64,000 nt of DNA from Planctomycetota bacterium (GCA_038227875.1 JBBRPR010000004.1:128001-192000), one strand, 5' to 3'. Counted from the stretch's first letter, positions 25,422-36,838 are shown. Made by a program: numbers and translations. Notes: generated from the sequence alone by a model not told the origin.

Positions 25422-27872
25422 ATGAAAGCCGTTCACCCCAGTCTCATCCTGGCGCTCTGTGCGATCGCGTTTGTGTCAGGAAGCGTTCGCGCGGTTGAGT
25501 CCGCACTCGAACCGCCCTTCGAACGCGGCGCCGATTTTATCCAGAACGAATTGCATCTCGCCCGCACCGGTCTGCGCGCGATGGCCGTCGCGGCTCATCC
25601 CGATGATGAAGACGGCGGGACGCTCAGCTACCTGCGCCGCACGCTCGGCGTGGAGACGCATATCGTTTTCAGCACGCGCGGCGAAGGCGGGCAGAATGAG
25701 ATCGGACCGCAGCTCGGCGCGGAACTGGCGGTGCTGCGCACGCAGGAAATCGAGGCGGCCTGCAAGATCCTCGGCGCGAAGCCGTGGTTTCTCAACCTGC
25801 CGGATTTCGGGTTCTCGAAATCCGCCGACGCGACGTTCGAAAAATGGGGCCACGACGAAGCGCTCCGCCGCCTGGTCCGCATCGTCCGAATCGTGCGCCC
25901 GCACATTCTCTTCACCAACCACGACGCCAACGGCAACGATCACGGCCATCACGTCGCGACCGGCAAGCTGGTGGAGGAAGCTTTCGACGCGGCGGCCGAC
26001 GCGGAGAAATTCAAAGACGACATGGAGAAAGACGGCACGAAGCCGTGGAGCATCTCAAAGCTGTACGTCCGGCATTTCGCGCCGCCGGGCACGACGCTGA
26101 CGTTCGAGATCTCGGAACCGAATCGCATCACGGGGCTCAGCGCCGGGGATATTGCGGCATACGCGCTGACGAAACATGCAAGCCAGGGGATGCAGTTCAC
26201 GCGAAAGATTGGCGAGAAGGAGATGCGGTATTTCACGCTTGTGAAAACGCGGTTTGAAAAGAAAGATGACGTATCGTTGTTGAGCGGCTTTAAAGTTGAA
26301 CCTGAAACACCTGTTGAAACGCATTCGATGGATCATCAAAAATTAGACACGGTTTTCCTCTTCCCAAGTTCCATTGAAATCGCAAAGACATACGCAGGCT
26401 CGAACGACGATCGCAAACCACACGTCGCGGCTGCCTGGGTCGAGTGCAGCGGATTGAAATTCCAGTGCACGGTCGACGATACCGTGCTTTCGCCCGACGA
26501 GCCTGTAAAAATAACCTGCCGGATCGCGAATTCGGGTCAGGAGACGTTACACCTTCAAACCTGGAAACTGATCGGCGAATCGGCAGGTTGGAGCGTCAGC
26601 GATGGCAAACTCGATCGCGATCTGAAGGCGGGTGAGAATTTTGAATTCGAGGTCAGCAGTGCTGCCAACCCGAACGCCTTTCCAACGTTTCCCAAAGTGG
26701 ATTATATTTTCAGTCGCATCGAATCGCGTTCGCCGCTGCAGATGAAGTGTGTCGTGAACGACATTCCTATCATTGCGTCTATCCCCATAGACCTCACAAC
26801 CCCACTCACGACATCCATCCGCCCCGATCCGATCCTGCTCTTCGACGACCCCGACCATGCCGACGACGTTTCGCTGCTCGGCAAGTTCACGCTGGCGATC
26901 ACCAACAACCGGCGCGTCACCGGGGCCGATCCGCTGATGTACTATGCCGGGATCAAGCCGGTCGCCAACGCGCCGGTCGACAACCCCGCAGCGTTTCCGT
27001 TCCGCGACAAGGGCGAAACGCTCTCGCAGCAATTCAAATTCATGGCCAGCAACGAAAAGCTGAACGCCGGCGACGTCGCCGTGCCGCTGAACATCTGGAC
27101 GGAGAAAATCAACTTCGGCGGCCCGGTCGCGCATTTGCGGCGCGTGCCACTTAAGCTGCCCAGTCCGCTGAGCGTCGCGTTGGTGAAGACAACGGGCGAC
27201 GACGTCTGGAACGCGCTGAAAACGCTCGAGGCCGCAGGCTTGGGCTTGAGCGTCACGCAGCTTTCCGACGAAGACCTGCGCACGCTCGACTTCAATCGCT
27301 TCCACACGATCATCCTCGACATCCGCGCCACGCAGTACCGCCCCGTCCTGCGCAGCGTCAAAGAACGGCTGACGCAGTTCATGAAAGACGGCGGCAACGT
27401 TGTCTGTCTCTATCAGAAGGACTTCGACTGGAACGTTGCCGACAAGGAGCATCCCGTCCGCGGCACCGGATTCTTCAAGGGGCAGGGCGGCGGCGGGGAA
27501 CTCGCGCCGTTTCCATTGGAGCTTTCCTTTAAGCGCGTGACGCATCCGGACGCCGAAGTGCGGCTCCTGAAGGCCGATCACCCGCTGCTGCAGCAACCGT
27601 GCAAAATCTGGGCGAAGGATTTTCAAGGCTGGGTGCAGGAACGCGCCGTCTACATGCCCGTCTCGTGGGCGCCGCAGTACACCGCGCTGCTGTCGAGCAA
27701 CGACCCCGGCGAAAAGCCGCTCGACGGGGGGCTGCTGGTCGCCGAGGTCGAGCAGGGCAGCTTCATTTACACCAGTTATGTCTGGCACCGCCAGTTGCGC
27801 GGCGGCGTGCCGGGGGCGTACCGCTTTCTGGCGAATCTGATCAGCTATCCGCGAGTAAAGAAGGGCAACTGA
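25422..27872 (+). CDS. Secreted PIG-L/LmbE-family deacetylase with a C-terminal GATase-like domain
   Basis: AHPDDE, TRGEGGQN, DFGFSKS, HGHH; WVQERAVY, SNDPGEKPLDG, VPGAYRFLANL; AGGAG RBS at 25411. Confidence 0.88.
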   Translation: MKAVHPSLILALCAIAFVSGSVRAVESALEPPFERGADFIQNELHLARTGLRAMAVAAHPDDEDGGTLSYLRRTLGVETHIVFSTRGEGGQNEIGPQLGAELAVLRTQEIEAACKILGAKPWFLNLPDFGFSKSADATFEKWGHDEALRRLVRIVRIVRPHILFTNHDANGNDHGHHVATGKLVEEAFDAAADAEKFKDDMEKDGTKPWSISKLYVRHFAPPGTTLTFEISEPNRITGLSAGDIAAYALTKHASQGMQFTRKIGEKEMRYFTLVKTRFEKKDDVSLLSGFKVEPETPVETHSMDHQKLDTVFLFPSSIEIAKTYAGSNDDRKPHVAAAWVECSGLKFQCTVDDTVLSPDEPVKITCRIANSGQETLHLQTWKLIGESAGWSVSDGKLDRDLKAGENFEFEVSSAANPNAFPTFPKVDYIFSRIESRSPLQMKCVVNDIPIIASIPIDLTTPLTTSIRPDPILLFDDPDHADDVSLLGKFTLAITNNRRVTGADPLMYYAGIKPVANAPVDNPAAFPFRDKGETLSQQFKFMASNEKLNAGDVAVPLNIWTEKINFGGPVAHLRRVPLKLPSPLSVALVKTTGDDVWNALKTLEAAGLGLSVTQLSDEDLRTLDFNRFHTIILDIRATQYRPVLRSVKERLTQFMKDGGNVVCLYQKDFDWNVADKEHPVRGTGFFKGQGGGGELAPFPLELSFKRVTHPDAEVRLLKADHPLLQQPCKIWAKDFQGWVQERAVYMPVSWAPQYTALLSSNDPGEKPLDGGLLVAEVEQGSFIYTSYVWHRQLRGGVPGAYRFLANLISYPRVKKGN

Positions 27873-28085
27873 AGCGGCGAAATTCAATTCGCCACGGTAC
27901 CTCCCTTCGAGACTCGAGTCCCTAAGGGACATCAACGTGATATCACCCAGTCCAATTTCGCTATGCACTTCGTTTGTTTTTCGTTTTTCAAATTTCCCCG
28001 CCGCCAACCCGACAGACACCCAACGACATAGGGTACATTGAATACAGAGGCGGACTTCCCGCCCCGGCCTGCGGAGGATTGTACC

Positions 28086-28451
28086 GTGCCGAAACTCTTA
28101 ATTGTCGAAGACAACCCCGACCTCCGCACCCTCTATCAGGAGGAGTTCACCGATGACGGCTACGACGTCGCGGTAGCGGAGAACGGTCAGGCGGCGCTGA
28201 TGCTCGTAGAATCCTGCCAACCCGACCTGATCGTGATGGACATCTCCATGCCCGCCATGGACGGCGTCCAGACGATGCACGAAATCCTCCACAAACACCG
28301 CGTCATCCCGATCATTATCAACACCGCATTCCCGCAATACCGCGACGACTACTCGACCTGGCCCGCCAACGCGTACGTGTTGAAGTCCGGCGATTTGACG
28401 GAGCTCAAGACGCGGGTCAAGGAGCAGTTGACGCTCTTTAATCTGGCGTAG
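28086..28451 (+). CDS. Single-domain response regulator (CheY-like)
   Basis: LLIVEDN, PDLIVMDISMPAMDG, NTA, VLKS; GGAGG upstream of GTG 28086. Confidence 0.9.
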   Translation: MPKLLIVEDNPDLRTLYQEEFTDDGYDVAVAENGQAALMLVESCQPDLIVMDISMPAMDGVQTMHEILHKHRVIPIIINTAFPQYRDDYSTWPANAYVLKSGDLTELKTRVKEQLTLFNLA

Positions 28452-28541
28452 AGAGAACGTGGCTGTCTCGCGAGCCGAGAAACGTCCGTGCGTCCGTGCG
28501 TGGCAGTGCACAGGCTGCCAACTGAAGTTGCCTAGTGCCTT

Positions 28542-29309
28542 CTATTTTTTTCCAAACACTCCCGCGTTCGATCCAAACTGCAGTACCTTATTCAGCACCA
28601 GTTTCGGATCGGGTCGGTCAGAGACGATTTCGGAATAGTGGACCCATTGCACGACGCCTTTGGAATCGATCAGCACGTTCGCGGGAATTGAGAGCGCCTT
28701 GCCCACCTTCCCGAACGTCGCGTGCTGCAGATTCAATTTGCGAATCACGGAGCCGTCGGGATCGCAAGCAAGAAAAACAGGCAGCGCGGGATAGTTTTTG
28801 CGACCTTCCTGAATTGTCTTCAGCGGTTCGATGCACACCGCCACGATCTCGCCGCCTTTGGCTTTAATCGTCTCATGAACTTCGCCGAGCCGCCGCAATT
28901 CATCGTCGCACGACATGCACCAGAAGCCGCGGAAGAAAATGAAGAGGACCGGGCCTTTGCCCACAAACTGGTCCGACGAGAGAGCCTTGCCGTCTTCGCC
29001 CGTGACTTCGAATTCCGGAATCGTTTTTCCCACGTGCGGCCGGTCCGGATGAACCGGCAGCTTGATCATGATGTAGTACATCAGCGTGAAGAGCGAGAAC
29101 GACGCGCACGTGGCCGAGAATAGCCACATATTCAAACGGGGACTGCCCGAAGGCAGTGCAAACGCCGCGCACGCCATCAACAGCGAGCCGTACAACAGCA
29201 CGCGCGTCGGCCAGAGCGTCCGCCGGTACTTCGGGCTTTTCACCACCGGCACATAAGAGACCCAGCCGATGAAGGAGACCACGAAAGAAGCGATGGCGAG
29301 GATCGGCAT
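28542..29309 (-). CDS. Membrane-anchored AhpC/TSA peroxiredoxin-like redoxin
   Basis: About three N-terminal TM helices, then VGKTIPEF, FFRGFWCMSC (CxxC), DPDG, PANVLID. Confidence 0.8.
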   Translation of the reverse strand: MPILAIASFVVSFIGWVSYVPVVKSPKYRRTLWPTRVLLYGSLLMACAAFALPSGSPRLNMWLFSATCASFSLFTLMYYIMIKLPVHPDRPHVGKTIPEFEVTGEDGKALSSDQFVGKGPVLFIFFRGFWCMSCDDELRRLGEVHETIKAKGGEIVAVCIEPLKTIQEGRKNYPALPVFLACDPDGSVIRKLNLQHATFGKVGKALSIPANVLIDSKGVVQWVHYSEIVSDRPDPKLVLNKVLQFGSNAGVFGKK

Positions 29310-29355
29310 GGTGCTCCAAATAAGAAAAGGCGCGCGGTTAGACGGTAAACGGCTC

Positions 29356-29446
29356 TTTTCGATTTTCCATCCGTCATTTTCCATTTTCCACCGCCAGATT
29401 CCCACGCTTGCGAATTGAAAAATGGGAACATGAGAAATGGAAAATG
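29356..29446. repeat. Inverted heptamer arrays (CCATTTT-like and AAAATGG-like)
   Basis: Degenerate tandem heptamers at 29356-29390 facing their complement at 29414-29446, in the divergent spacer before mdh. Confidence 0.5.
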
Positions 29447-29522
29447 TTCTCTCCCCGTGACTGGCACGCACTGCCTTCCCTTGCTATATCTAAGCGGGCT
29501 CAAAAAATACGGAGGTGTTGAA

Positions 29523-30512
29523 ATGACGGCGAAGAAACCTGTTCATGTTACGGTGACCGGCGCGGCGGGCCAGATTGGCTACGCGTTGTTGTTCCGCATT
29601 GCTTCGGGACAGTTGCTGGGAGCCGACCAGCCGGTCGTGCTGCGGCTGCTGGATCTGGAGCCGGCGATGAAGGCGCTCAACGGCGTCTGCATGGAACTCG
29701 ACGACTGCGCGTTTCCGCTGCTGGCGGGAATTGAACCGACGTCCGATATGAACAAGGCTTTCGACGGCACGTCGTACGCGCTGCTGGTCGGTGCGATGCC
29801 TCGCAAACAGGGCATGGAACGCCGCGACCTGCTCACGGCCAACGGTGGTATCTTCAAGCCGCAGGGCAAGGCCATCGCCGCGAAGGCGGCCAGCGACGTG
29901 CGCATCCTTGTTGTCGGCAACCCGTGCAACACCAACTGCCTGATCGCGCGCAGCAACGCGAAGGAAATTCCGGCCGAACGCTGGTTTGCCATGACGCGCT
30001 TGGACCAGAACCGCGCCAAGACGCAACTGGCGAAGAAGGCCGGCGTTGCCGTCGCCGACGTCAAGAACGTGACGATCTGGGGCAACCATTCGGCCACGCA
30101 GTTCCCCGATGCGAAGAACGCGACGATCGGCGGCAAGCCGGCGTACGACGTGATCTCCGATCACGCCTGGCTGCAGGGCGATTTCGTCACGACCGTGCAG
30201 AAGCGCGGCGCGGCGGTGATTGAAGCCCGAGGCTCGTCGTCGGCCGCTTCGGCCGCCAACGCGATCGTCGATTCGGTAGTAAGCATCCGCACCGCAACCG
30301 CGGCGAACGATTGCGCGGCGCTGGCGGTGGTGAGCAAGGGCGAGTACGGCATTCCCGCCGGCCTGCAGTTCGGCTTCCCGATCAAGACGGATGGCACGAC
30401 GTGGAGCGTCATTCCGAATTTGCCCGTCGACGATTTTGCGAAGAGCAAGATCAAGATCACGACCGACGAGCTGATCGCGGAACGCGAGGACTGCAAAGAT
30501 CTGCTCGGCTAA
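29523..30512 (+). CDS. mdh: Malate dehydrogenase (MDH type 2)
   Basis: [62 protein letters not shown]. Confidence 0.96.
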   Translation: MTAKKPVHVTVTGAAGQIGYALLFRIASGQLLGADQPVVLRLLDLEPAMKALNGVCMELDDCAFPLLAGIEPTSDMNKAFDGTSYALLVGAMPRKQGMERRDLLTANGGIFKPQGKAIAAKAASDVRILVVGNPCNTNCLIARSNAKEIPAERWFAMTRLDQNRAKTQLAKKAGVAVADVKNVTIWGNHSATQFPDAKNATIGGKPAYDVISDHAWLQGDFVTTVQKRGAAVIEARGSSSAASAANAIVDSVVSIRTATAANDCAALAVVSKGEYGIPAGLQFGFPIKTDGTTWSVIPNLPVDDFAKSKIKITTDELIAEREDCKDLLG

Positions 30513-30539
30513 ATTCAGAACGACGACTGAAGAATGAGG

Positions 30540-30575
30540 AATCAGGCGCCCGTCATTGGGCGCCTGATTTTTTTT
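30540..30575 (+). terminator. Intrinsic terminator of mdh
   Basis: 12-bp stem AATCAGGCGCCC/GGGCGCCTGATT followed by a T tract; overlaps the end of the convergent AraC gene. Confidence 0.8.
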
Positions 30576-31437
30576 GATTCCGCCAGGCCAATGGCGTGAC
30601 GTTGAATTCCCCGCGGAAGGCGCGGCCGAAGGCGGTGCCGTCGCGGTAGCCGACCATCTGCGCGATGGCGTTGGCGGAGAGATTGGTCTGCTGCAGCAAC
30701 GTTTGCGCGCGGAGCATCCGTGATTGCAGCAGAAAGTGGCCGGGCGTCTGCTTTCGGAGATCGAAGTATACGTCGCTGAAACGCGAACGGCTGAAACCCG
30801 CGGCCTTCGCCATATCGGCGACGCCAAGGCCCGCGGCGAGATCGTTGCGGACGAGCGATTCGGCGCGCTCGATGCGTTCCTGATGGGAGAGCATGTTGGG
30901 CTGCGCGCCGCGTTCCCACTCGAAACTGACCCAATCGAGCAGCAGGCCTTCCAGCACGTACTGCGCGCGCAGCACGCGCGCGGGCTGGCCCGTGCGCCAT
31001 CCCTTCACGATGGCGGGAAGGACTTCGGCCACGCGCGCCCAGAACAGCTTCGGCAGCACGATGGGCAGATCGACGCCCCAAATGTCGCGCGGAGAAGGCT
31101 GCGCGAATTTGCGCGTCGATTCCCAGTGCGGATCGTTGCAGATCGGCCACGGATGGCGTCCGCGCAGATTATTCCAGATGACTTCGAAGTGCGCCCAGAT
31201 CGGCAGATTGCCTTTGCGGCAATCGATGTCGCTCATCACGCACGGCGGCAAAAGATAGCAGCCGCCGCGCGGCACGAGAAATCGTTCGCCCTCGACGGAA
31301 AGTTCCTCTTCGCCTTTCAACGAACAGGTCAGCACGTAGTTGGTGAGCCGGCGTTGCGGGACCGACCACGGACGCAGCCGGGCCGCATCACCCGCTGCGA
31401 CGATATGGACGTTGTACGGCCCGGTGAGAATTTCCAT
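30553..31437 (-). CDS. AraC-family transcriptional regulator
   Basis: Cupin-like N-terminus; C-terminal double HTH (IAQMVGYRDGTAFGRAFRGEFNVTPLAWR). Confidence 0.9.
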   Translation of the reverse strand: MEILTGPYNVHIVAAGDAARLRPWSVPQRRLTNYVLTCSLKGEEELSVEGERFLVPRGGCYLLPPCVMSDIDCRKGNLPIWAHFEVIWNNLRGRHPWPICNDPHWESTRKFAQPSPRDIWGVDLPIVLPKLFWARVAEVLPAIVKGWRTGQPARVLRAQYVLEGLLLDWVSFEWERGAQPNMLSHQERIERAESLVRNDLAAGLGVADMAKAAGFSRSRFSDVYFDLRKQTPGHFLLQSRMLRAQTLLQQTNLSANAIAQMVGYRDGTAFGRAFRGEFNVTPLAWRNQKKSGAQ

Positions 31438-31606
31438 GCTCTCCAGAATGCGACAAAAAGACAGTAATTCAAGCAGGAAGAAAGGCCTGTTTTGCTAAAA
31501 ACAGGACAAATTATCGATCATATTGGAAAAGTTGCTGATGTACCGCAGACCCGATCAGGTGTAGATTTTTCAGTGCTGTCTATCCGCCCCCGAAAGGATC
31601 TCCGCC

Positions 31607-33736
31607 ATGCGCCTGATTGCCTGGATCGCTCTGCTGAGTGCGCCGCTGCTGTGCTTCATCGGGGCTGCGCAGGACACCGCGCCGTCGCCCGCCCATCCCA
31701 TGGGCTTTCGCGGCGATGGCAGCGGAAAATACCCCAACGCCAATCCGACCCTGGATTGGGGTCGCATCGCCAAAAGCGTCGTGGAACTTTCCGCTCAGGC
31801 GCGCAAGCCCAAGGACGACGACATTCCCGCTAAGGACACTGCCCTTAGTGACGGGACCATTCGCTCGTGGCTGATCCTCGGTCCGATCCCGATCACCAAG
31901 GAGATGAAGGCCGAAGACATTCTGTCGAAAGTCGAATCGCTGCAGCCCGACGACAAAGAGAAGTCAGGCGACCTGGCCTGGCAGTCCGTCAAACTGGAGA
32001 CCGGCTGCATCGATCTGTGCTCGATCTTGAACGTCGAGCCCGACAAGACCGGCGTCGCCGCGTTTGCGCATACATACATCTATTCGCCGTCGGGCCAGCC
32101 AGTCGCATACAATCTCATGTTCCAGGGACAAGGCATGCATCGCGTCTGGCTCAATGGCGCCGTGGTGCTCACCAGTCCGCAGAACGAGGACATCGGCACA
32201 GGAGCGCGGTTGTCGCTGCCGCTGAAAAAAGGCTGGAATCGCCTGCTGGTGTTGAATGCCCGCACGCTGAACTTCCGCAAGAGCTGGTGGATCAACGGCA
32301 GCCTGTTTGGCGACAAGAATCCGGAGTACAACTCGCGCGGCATTGCCTGGCGCACGCCGCTTCCGGCTTCGGGAAGCAGCGCGCCGGTGATTCTCGGCGA
32401 CCGCATCTACTGCACCCTGGAAAATGGCTGCGTGATGTGTCTCAACAAGGCCGACGGCAAGCCGCTCTGGTGCCGCACGCTGACGTACTACGACCTGGCA
32501 ACAGAGGAAGAGCGAAAGGAGAACGCGCCGGCCTTCGCCGAAATGGCGCCGTTCGCCGAGAAGCTGAAGAAGCTCGATGAGACGGATCTGATTGTCCCGT
32601 GGAAGATGCCCCCGCTGGAGGCCGAATTCCGCTGGAGCGTCGAAGCGGCCTTGTACCGCGGCATGGCGAAAATCTCCCGCGAGAAATACGAAGGCGTCTT
32701 TTCGCTCTGCGAAGTTGGCGTAAGCGCTCCGGCGCCGATCACGGACGGTGAATCCATTTACGCGGTGTTCGGCACCGGAGTCTGCGTCTGTTATGACCGC
32801 GACGGCAACCGAAAATGGATGCGCCTGCTGAATCACAAGGCCGTTGAGCATGGATACACGGCCTCGCCGCTGCTGGTAGACGGAAAGCTGATCGTCTACT
32901 TCAACAACCTCACGATCATGAATGCGAAGACCGGCGACGTGATCGTGGATCGTCCGCACTTTCTGGCGCCCGGCACGCAATTCAACTGGTACACCCACTT
33001 TCACGGCGTGGGCTCGGTCATGACCGCTGGAACAGAGAAAGTGCTCTACTTTCTGAACGGAGAGTTTGTGCGGCTCTCCGACGGCAAAACGCTGACGCTT
33101 GACGACAAGAAGCTGGCGGTGCTGGGTCCGGTCAACCATACCGAAGGCGGTGCGAACCGCATTGCGCAGACGTTGGTGGAGAATGGCATCGGCTACAAAA
33201 TCGCGAACAAGTCGAAGCTGGTCACGTTCAAGCTGCCGCCACTCGATGGCGACAAAATCGAACCCGAGATCATTCGCGAGATTCCGTTCAACATCGACAA
33301 GTTCCCGTACTACTACGAAAACTTTTTCGATGCCTCGCCGCTGCTCCTTGACGGCCTGATCTACCTCGTCACCGACTTTGGCGCGCTCACGGTAATCGAC
33401 GTCAACACCGGCGCGACCGTGTACCAGAAGCAGCTCGATCTGGAGGTCTACATGCCGTACAACGCGCCGGACAACCGCTTGAAGGGCGGCGTCTCGGCGA
33501 GCCCAACGCTCGGCGGTAAGTACATCTACCTCTTCGGCAACCAGGGTGCCGTGCTGGTGATCGAACCCGGCCGCACGTACAAACAGGTCGCCAAGCTGCG
33601 CCTGGAAAATCTGCCCGAGAACCAGGCGCCGTGGAGTTTCCAGCATCAGGACGTGACGATGACCGAGCCTGTGTTCGAAGGCGAGCGCATGTACTACCGC
33701 TCCGAAAACGCGTTGTTCTGCATCGGAGCCAAGTGA
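31607..33736 (+). CDS. Secreted PQQ-like beta-propeller repeat protein (BamB-like family)
   Basis: Signal peptide; FRGDGSG; WRTPLP..GSSAPVI.GDRIY; repeated ASPLL motifs; LFCIG C-terminus. Confidence 0.8.
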   Translation: MRLIAWIALLSAPLLCFIGAAQDTAPSPAHPMGFRGDGSGKYPNANPTLDWGRIAKSVVELSAQARKPKDDDIPAKDTALSDGTIRSWLILGPIPITKEMKAEDILSKVESLQPDDKEKSGDLAWQSVKLETGCIDLCSILNVEPDKTGVAAFAHTYIYSPSGQPVAYNLMFQGQGMHRVWLNGAVVLTSPQNEDIGTGARLSLPLKKGWNRLLVLNARTLNFRKSWWINGSLFGDKNPEYNSRGIAWRTPLPASGSSAPVILGDRIYCTLENGCVMCLNKADGKPLWCRTLTYYDLATEEERKENAPAFAEMAPFAEKLKKLDETDLIVPWKMPPLEAEFRWSVEAALYRGMAKISREKYEGVFSLCEVGVSAPAPITDGESIYAVFGTGVCVCYDRDGNRKWMRLLNHKAVEHGYTASPLLVDGKLIVYFNNLTIMNAKTGDVIVDRPHFLAPGTQFNWYTHFHGVGSVMTAGTEKVLYFLNGEFVRLSDGKTLTLDDKKLAVLGPVNHTEGGANRIAQTLVENGIGYKIANKSKLVTFKLPPLDGDKIEPEIIREIPFNIDKFPYYYENFFDASPLLLDGLIYLVTDFGALTVIDVNTGATVYQKQLDLEVYMPYNAPDNRLKGGVSASPTLGGKYIYLFGNQGAVLVIEPGRTYKQVAKLRLENLPENQAPWSFQHQDVTMTEPVFEGERMYYRSENALFCIGAK

Positions 33737-33789
33737 CGGCAAGTGTGATCTGCAGTGGTCCGCCGAGCGGCGCATTTTAGCATGAGGTC

Positions 33790-34659
33790 ATGCCCGCTCC
33801 GCAATCCAACCTGGTCTTCAAACATTCGCCGGGCCTGGATTCTGGCGCGACACTGGGTGTGCGGCCGCAGCTGACCTCAATCGCATTGATTACCGTGCGC
33901 GGCGAATACGTTTACGATTGGCATCGTCATGAAAATTATGAATTGATCGTCGTCGCCCGCGCGCCCTACGCGTGTGAACTCAACGACGCCACGTTGAATC
34001 TCAACACCGGCGATGTGCTGGTGGTCAAGCCCGGCGATCGCCACCGCGATCTGTTGAAGGCTCCGGTGAGCTACTACGCGCTGAACCTCTCGTTGCCGAC
34101 GCCGCGCCGAAGCGAGCTCTCGTTTTTCGCCGATGCCATCTCACCGGCGCAACAAGTCTGTGCGCTGCCGGTCGCCATCAAGCTCTGCAAGAAACTCTAC
34201 CGCGAAGGCTTGCGCAATGACGCGGTCTCCGGTCCGCTGCAGAGCGCAATGATCACGCAACTGGTCTGGCGTTTGGTGCGCGCGTTCGATCCGGCCTTGG
34301 TCTCCCCCTATTTGATCCGCCGTTCCGCACAGCAGGAATTCCGCGCCGCGATCGAGCGCTATTTCCTGCAGCACATTTCCGATACGCCCAGTCTCGAAGA
34401 AATCGCCGAAGCCATGCAGATGGGCTCGCGCTCGCTGACCCTGAAATGCAAAGCGTTGCTCCAGACCTCGCCAGTGCGCGCGTTCAAACAATTCAAGCTG
34501 AACCACGCCATGGAACTGCTCCAGCATTCGGCGATGCCGATCAAAGAAATCAGCCGCTACTTCGGCTTCAGCAACCCTTTCCATTTCTCCCGCGAGTTCA
34601 AACGCTGCCACGGAAAGTCCCCATCGGAATTTCGTTCCAGAGATTTGGCCGATGGATAG
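33790..34659 (+). CDS. AraC-family transcriptional regulator
   Basis: WHRHENYEL cupin; IKEISRYFGFSNPFHFSREFKRCHGKSPSEFR. Confidence 0.9.
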   Translation: MPAPQSNLVFKHSPGLDSGATLGVRPQLTSIALITVRGEYVYDWHRHENYELIVVARAPYACELNDATLNLNTGDVLVVKPGDRHRDLLKAPVSYYALNLSLPTPRRSELSFFADAISPAQQVCALPVAIKLCKKLYREGLRNDAVSGPLQSAMITQLVWRLVRAFDPALVSPYLIRRSAQQEFRAAIERYFLQHISDTPSLEEIAEAMQMGSRSLTLKCKALLQTSPVRAFKQFKLNHAMELLQHSAMPIKEISRYFGFSNPFHFSREFKRCHGKSPSEFRSRDLADG

Positions 34660-34729
34660 CGCTCGCGCGAGTTTCATTCGACATTCAACCGTTCCACCGC
34701 AACCAGCGCACGCTTCCACCTGCGCACTC

Positions 34730-34796
34730 ACCCACTTCTGGCCCCTGGCCCCTGACCCCTGACCCCTGACCCCTGACCCCTTGGCGCGTCAGCGCC
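34730..34796. repeat. Dispersed heptamer-repeat element, copy 2
   Basis: Six tandem CTGRCCC units (34738-34779) followed by GCGCGTCAGCGC, as at about 1902. Confidence 0.7.
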
Positions 34797-34892
34797 ATGC
34801 GCAAACGGATATCTCTTTGCGTTTTCAGCCATGGTGACGGCGCGGTTCCGCGGGGTATGGTTCGTGAGGACACCTCAAGGAGCCAATCCCAC

Positions 34893-35639
34893 GTGAAATC
34901 GATCCCCTACCGTTTGGGCGTAGAGACGTACTGTTTTCGGGAATTCAAAGACAACCGCGAAGTCATCCGCCAGATGAAAGCGGCGGAGCTATCGCACGTC
35001 GAACTCTGCGGCATGCACGCGGACTACTCGAGCACCGCGGCCTTCGATCCGACGCTCAAGCTCTACCGCGACGCCGAGATCAGCATCGACGCGATTTTTC
35101 CGTGGGGCATGAGCAACGATGCCGCCAAGGAGGAATCCTACTACGCCTGCGCGAAAGCCGCGGGCGCGCAAGCGATCTGCGCCCACTTCGGGCCGGTGGA
35201 AATCGAATCCTTCCGCGTCGCCGAACGCCTCGCGGAAAAGTACGACGTCAAGGTCGCACTCCACAATCACGGCGGCTACCACTGGCTGGGCTCGTCGGAG
35301 ATGCTCGACTACGTCTTCAAGCGCACCAGCCCGCGCATCGGCTTGTGTCTCGACACCGCGTGGGCGATGGCCGCCGGGGAAGACTGGCTGCGCATGGCCG
35401 AGAAATTCGCCGATCGGCTTTACGGCATCCACATCAAGGATTTTGTGTTCGACCGTCAGGGCAAGACTACCGACATCGTCTGCGGCAAGGGCAATCTCGA
35501 TCTGGCGAAGCTCGACGCCACACTCACCAAAATCGGATTCACCGGCTACGCCATGCTCGAATACGAAGGCGACGCTGATAACCCGCTGCCCGCAATCAAG
35601 GAATGCGCGGCGGCCGTGCGAAAGGAATTCAAGTCATGA
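34893..35639 (+). CDS. Sugar phosphate isomerase/epimerase (xylose isomerase-like TIM barrel)
   Basis: ALHNHG, CLDTAW, IHIKD, LEYEG; AGGAG upstream of GTG 34893. Confidence 0.85.
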   Translation: MKSIPYRLGVETYCFREFKDNREVIRQMKAAELSHVELCGMHADYSSTAAFDPTLKLYRDAEISIDAIFPWGMSNDAAKEESYYACAKAAGAQAICAHFGPVEIESFRVAERLAEKYDVKVALHNHGGYHWLGSSEMLDYVFKRTSPRIGLCLDTAWAMAAGEDWLRMAEKFADRLYGIHIKDFVFDRQGKTTDIVCGKGNLDLAKLDATLTKIGFTGYAMLEYEGDADNPLPAIKECAAAVRKEFKS

Positions 35640-36838
35640 GCAGTAAAATCAAGCTGGCCCTGATCGGCTGCGGAATGATCTCGGGCAATCACGTCGAAGG
35701 TTATCGCGCCTTGAAGCAGGGCGGCTGCGACGAATTCGATGTCGTCGCCGTCTGCGACATGAAACTGGACCTCGCGCAGAAGACCGCCAACACCATCGGC
35801 GCGTTCCAGGGGACAACGCCACGCGTTTTCAAAACACAGACGGAGATGATTCAGAGCAAAATCGCCGACGCCGTCGACATCTGCCTGCCGCACTGCTTCC
35901 ACCACTCCGTGGCGATTCAGTGTCTCGACGCGGGCCTGCATGTCCTGCTGGAAAAACCACTGGGCATCACAGCGTTGGCCAGCCGGCGCATCATCGACGC
36001 CGCCGAACGCAACAAGCGCACGCTCGCCACGGCCGAAAACGTGCGCCGTGATCTTCCCGCGCGCGCGTGTACGTGGGCGTTGCGCGACGCGAAGTTGCTC
36101 GGCGAACTGATCTCCGGCGCCGTCCACGGCGTCCAGAGCACGGGAATCAATATCGACGATCCGGCGTGGCGCTGGCGCGGCGTGCGGCTCCTGACCGGCG
36201 GCGGCATGATCTTCGACAGCGGCGCGCACTTCGCCGACATGATGCTGGTGCTCTTCGGTGAGCCCGACGAGATCTACGCGCGCACGCGGACGTTCGACAC
36301 GCGCGAGGTCAACGACATCCCGCGCCTGGGTAAAGCGAATCTGGACGTGGAAGACAACTGGAACGCCGTGCTGAAATTCAAGAGCGGCGTGGAAGTGAAC
36401 TGGTCGTTCGCGAATCTGGTTCAGCCCGTGCAGAACAATAGCGCCGTCTACTACGGCAGCAAAGGCACGATCCGCGATCTCGGCTGGCCCTTCCATCCAT
36501 TCCAGGGCGGCGGCGAGATGACGCTGAAGGACGGCGCAAAGTTGAGCAGCGATCAGATCCAGAACAAATTCCTGCTGAGTCTGAAGCCCGGCGAAAAGGA
36601 ACGCTTCTTCCCCTACGGCGTCACCGACGGCTTCGGAGTGGAAATCTGGGATTTCGTCAACGCCATCGCAACGAATCGCGCGCCGGAAATGGATGGTTGG
36701 GCCGGGCTGAAGGCCAAGGCACTCTGCCTGTCCTGCTACGAATCCGCGACGTCGGGTCAGGTCGTGAAGTATCAGGATGTGCTCAACGGAAAGGTCGACG
36801 CGTACCAGCAGCCGATCAATCGCTTCTGGGAAATTTAA
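35636..36838 (+). CDS. Gfo/Idh/MocA oxidoreductase
   Basis: [29 protein letters not shown] coupling to the upstream gene. Confidence 0.9.
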   Translation: MSSKIKLALIGCGMISGNHVEGYRALKQGGCDEFDVVAVCDMKLDLAQKTANTIGAFQGTTPRVFKTQTEMIQSKIADAVDICLPHCFHHSVAIQCLDAGLHVLLEKPLGITALASRRIIDAAERNKRTLATAENVRRDLPARACTWALRDAKLLGELISGAVHGVQSTGINIDDPAWRWRGVRLLTGGGMIFDSGAHFADMMLVLFGEPDEIYARTRTFDTREVNDIPRLGKANLDVEDNWNAVLKFKSGVEVNWSFANLVQPVQNNSAVYYGSKGTIRDLGWPFHPFQGGGEMTLKDGAKLSSDQIQNKFLLSLKPGEKERFFPYGVTDGFGVEIWDFVNAIATNRAPEMDGWAGLKAKALCLSCYESATSGQVVKYQDVLNGKVDAYQQPINRFWEI

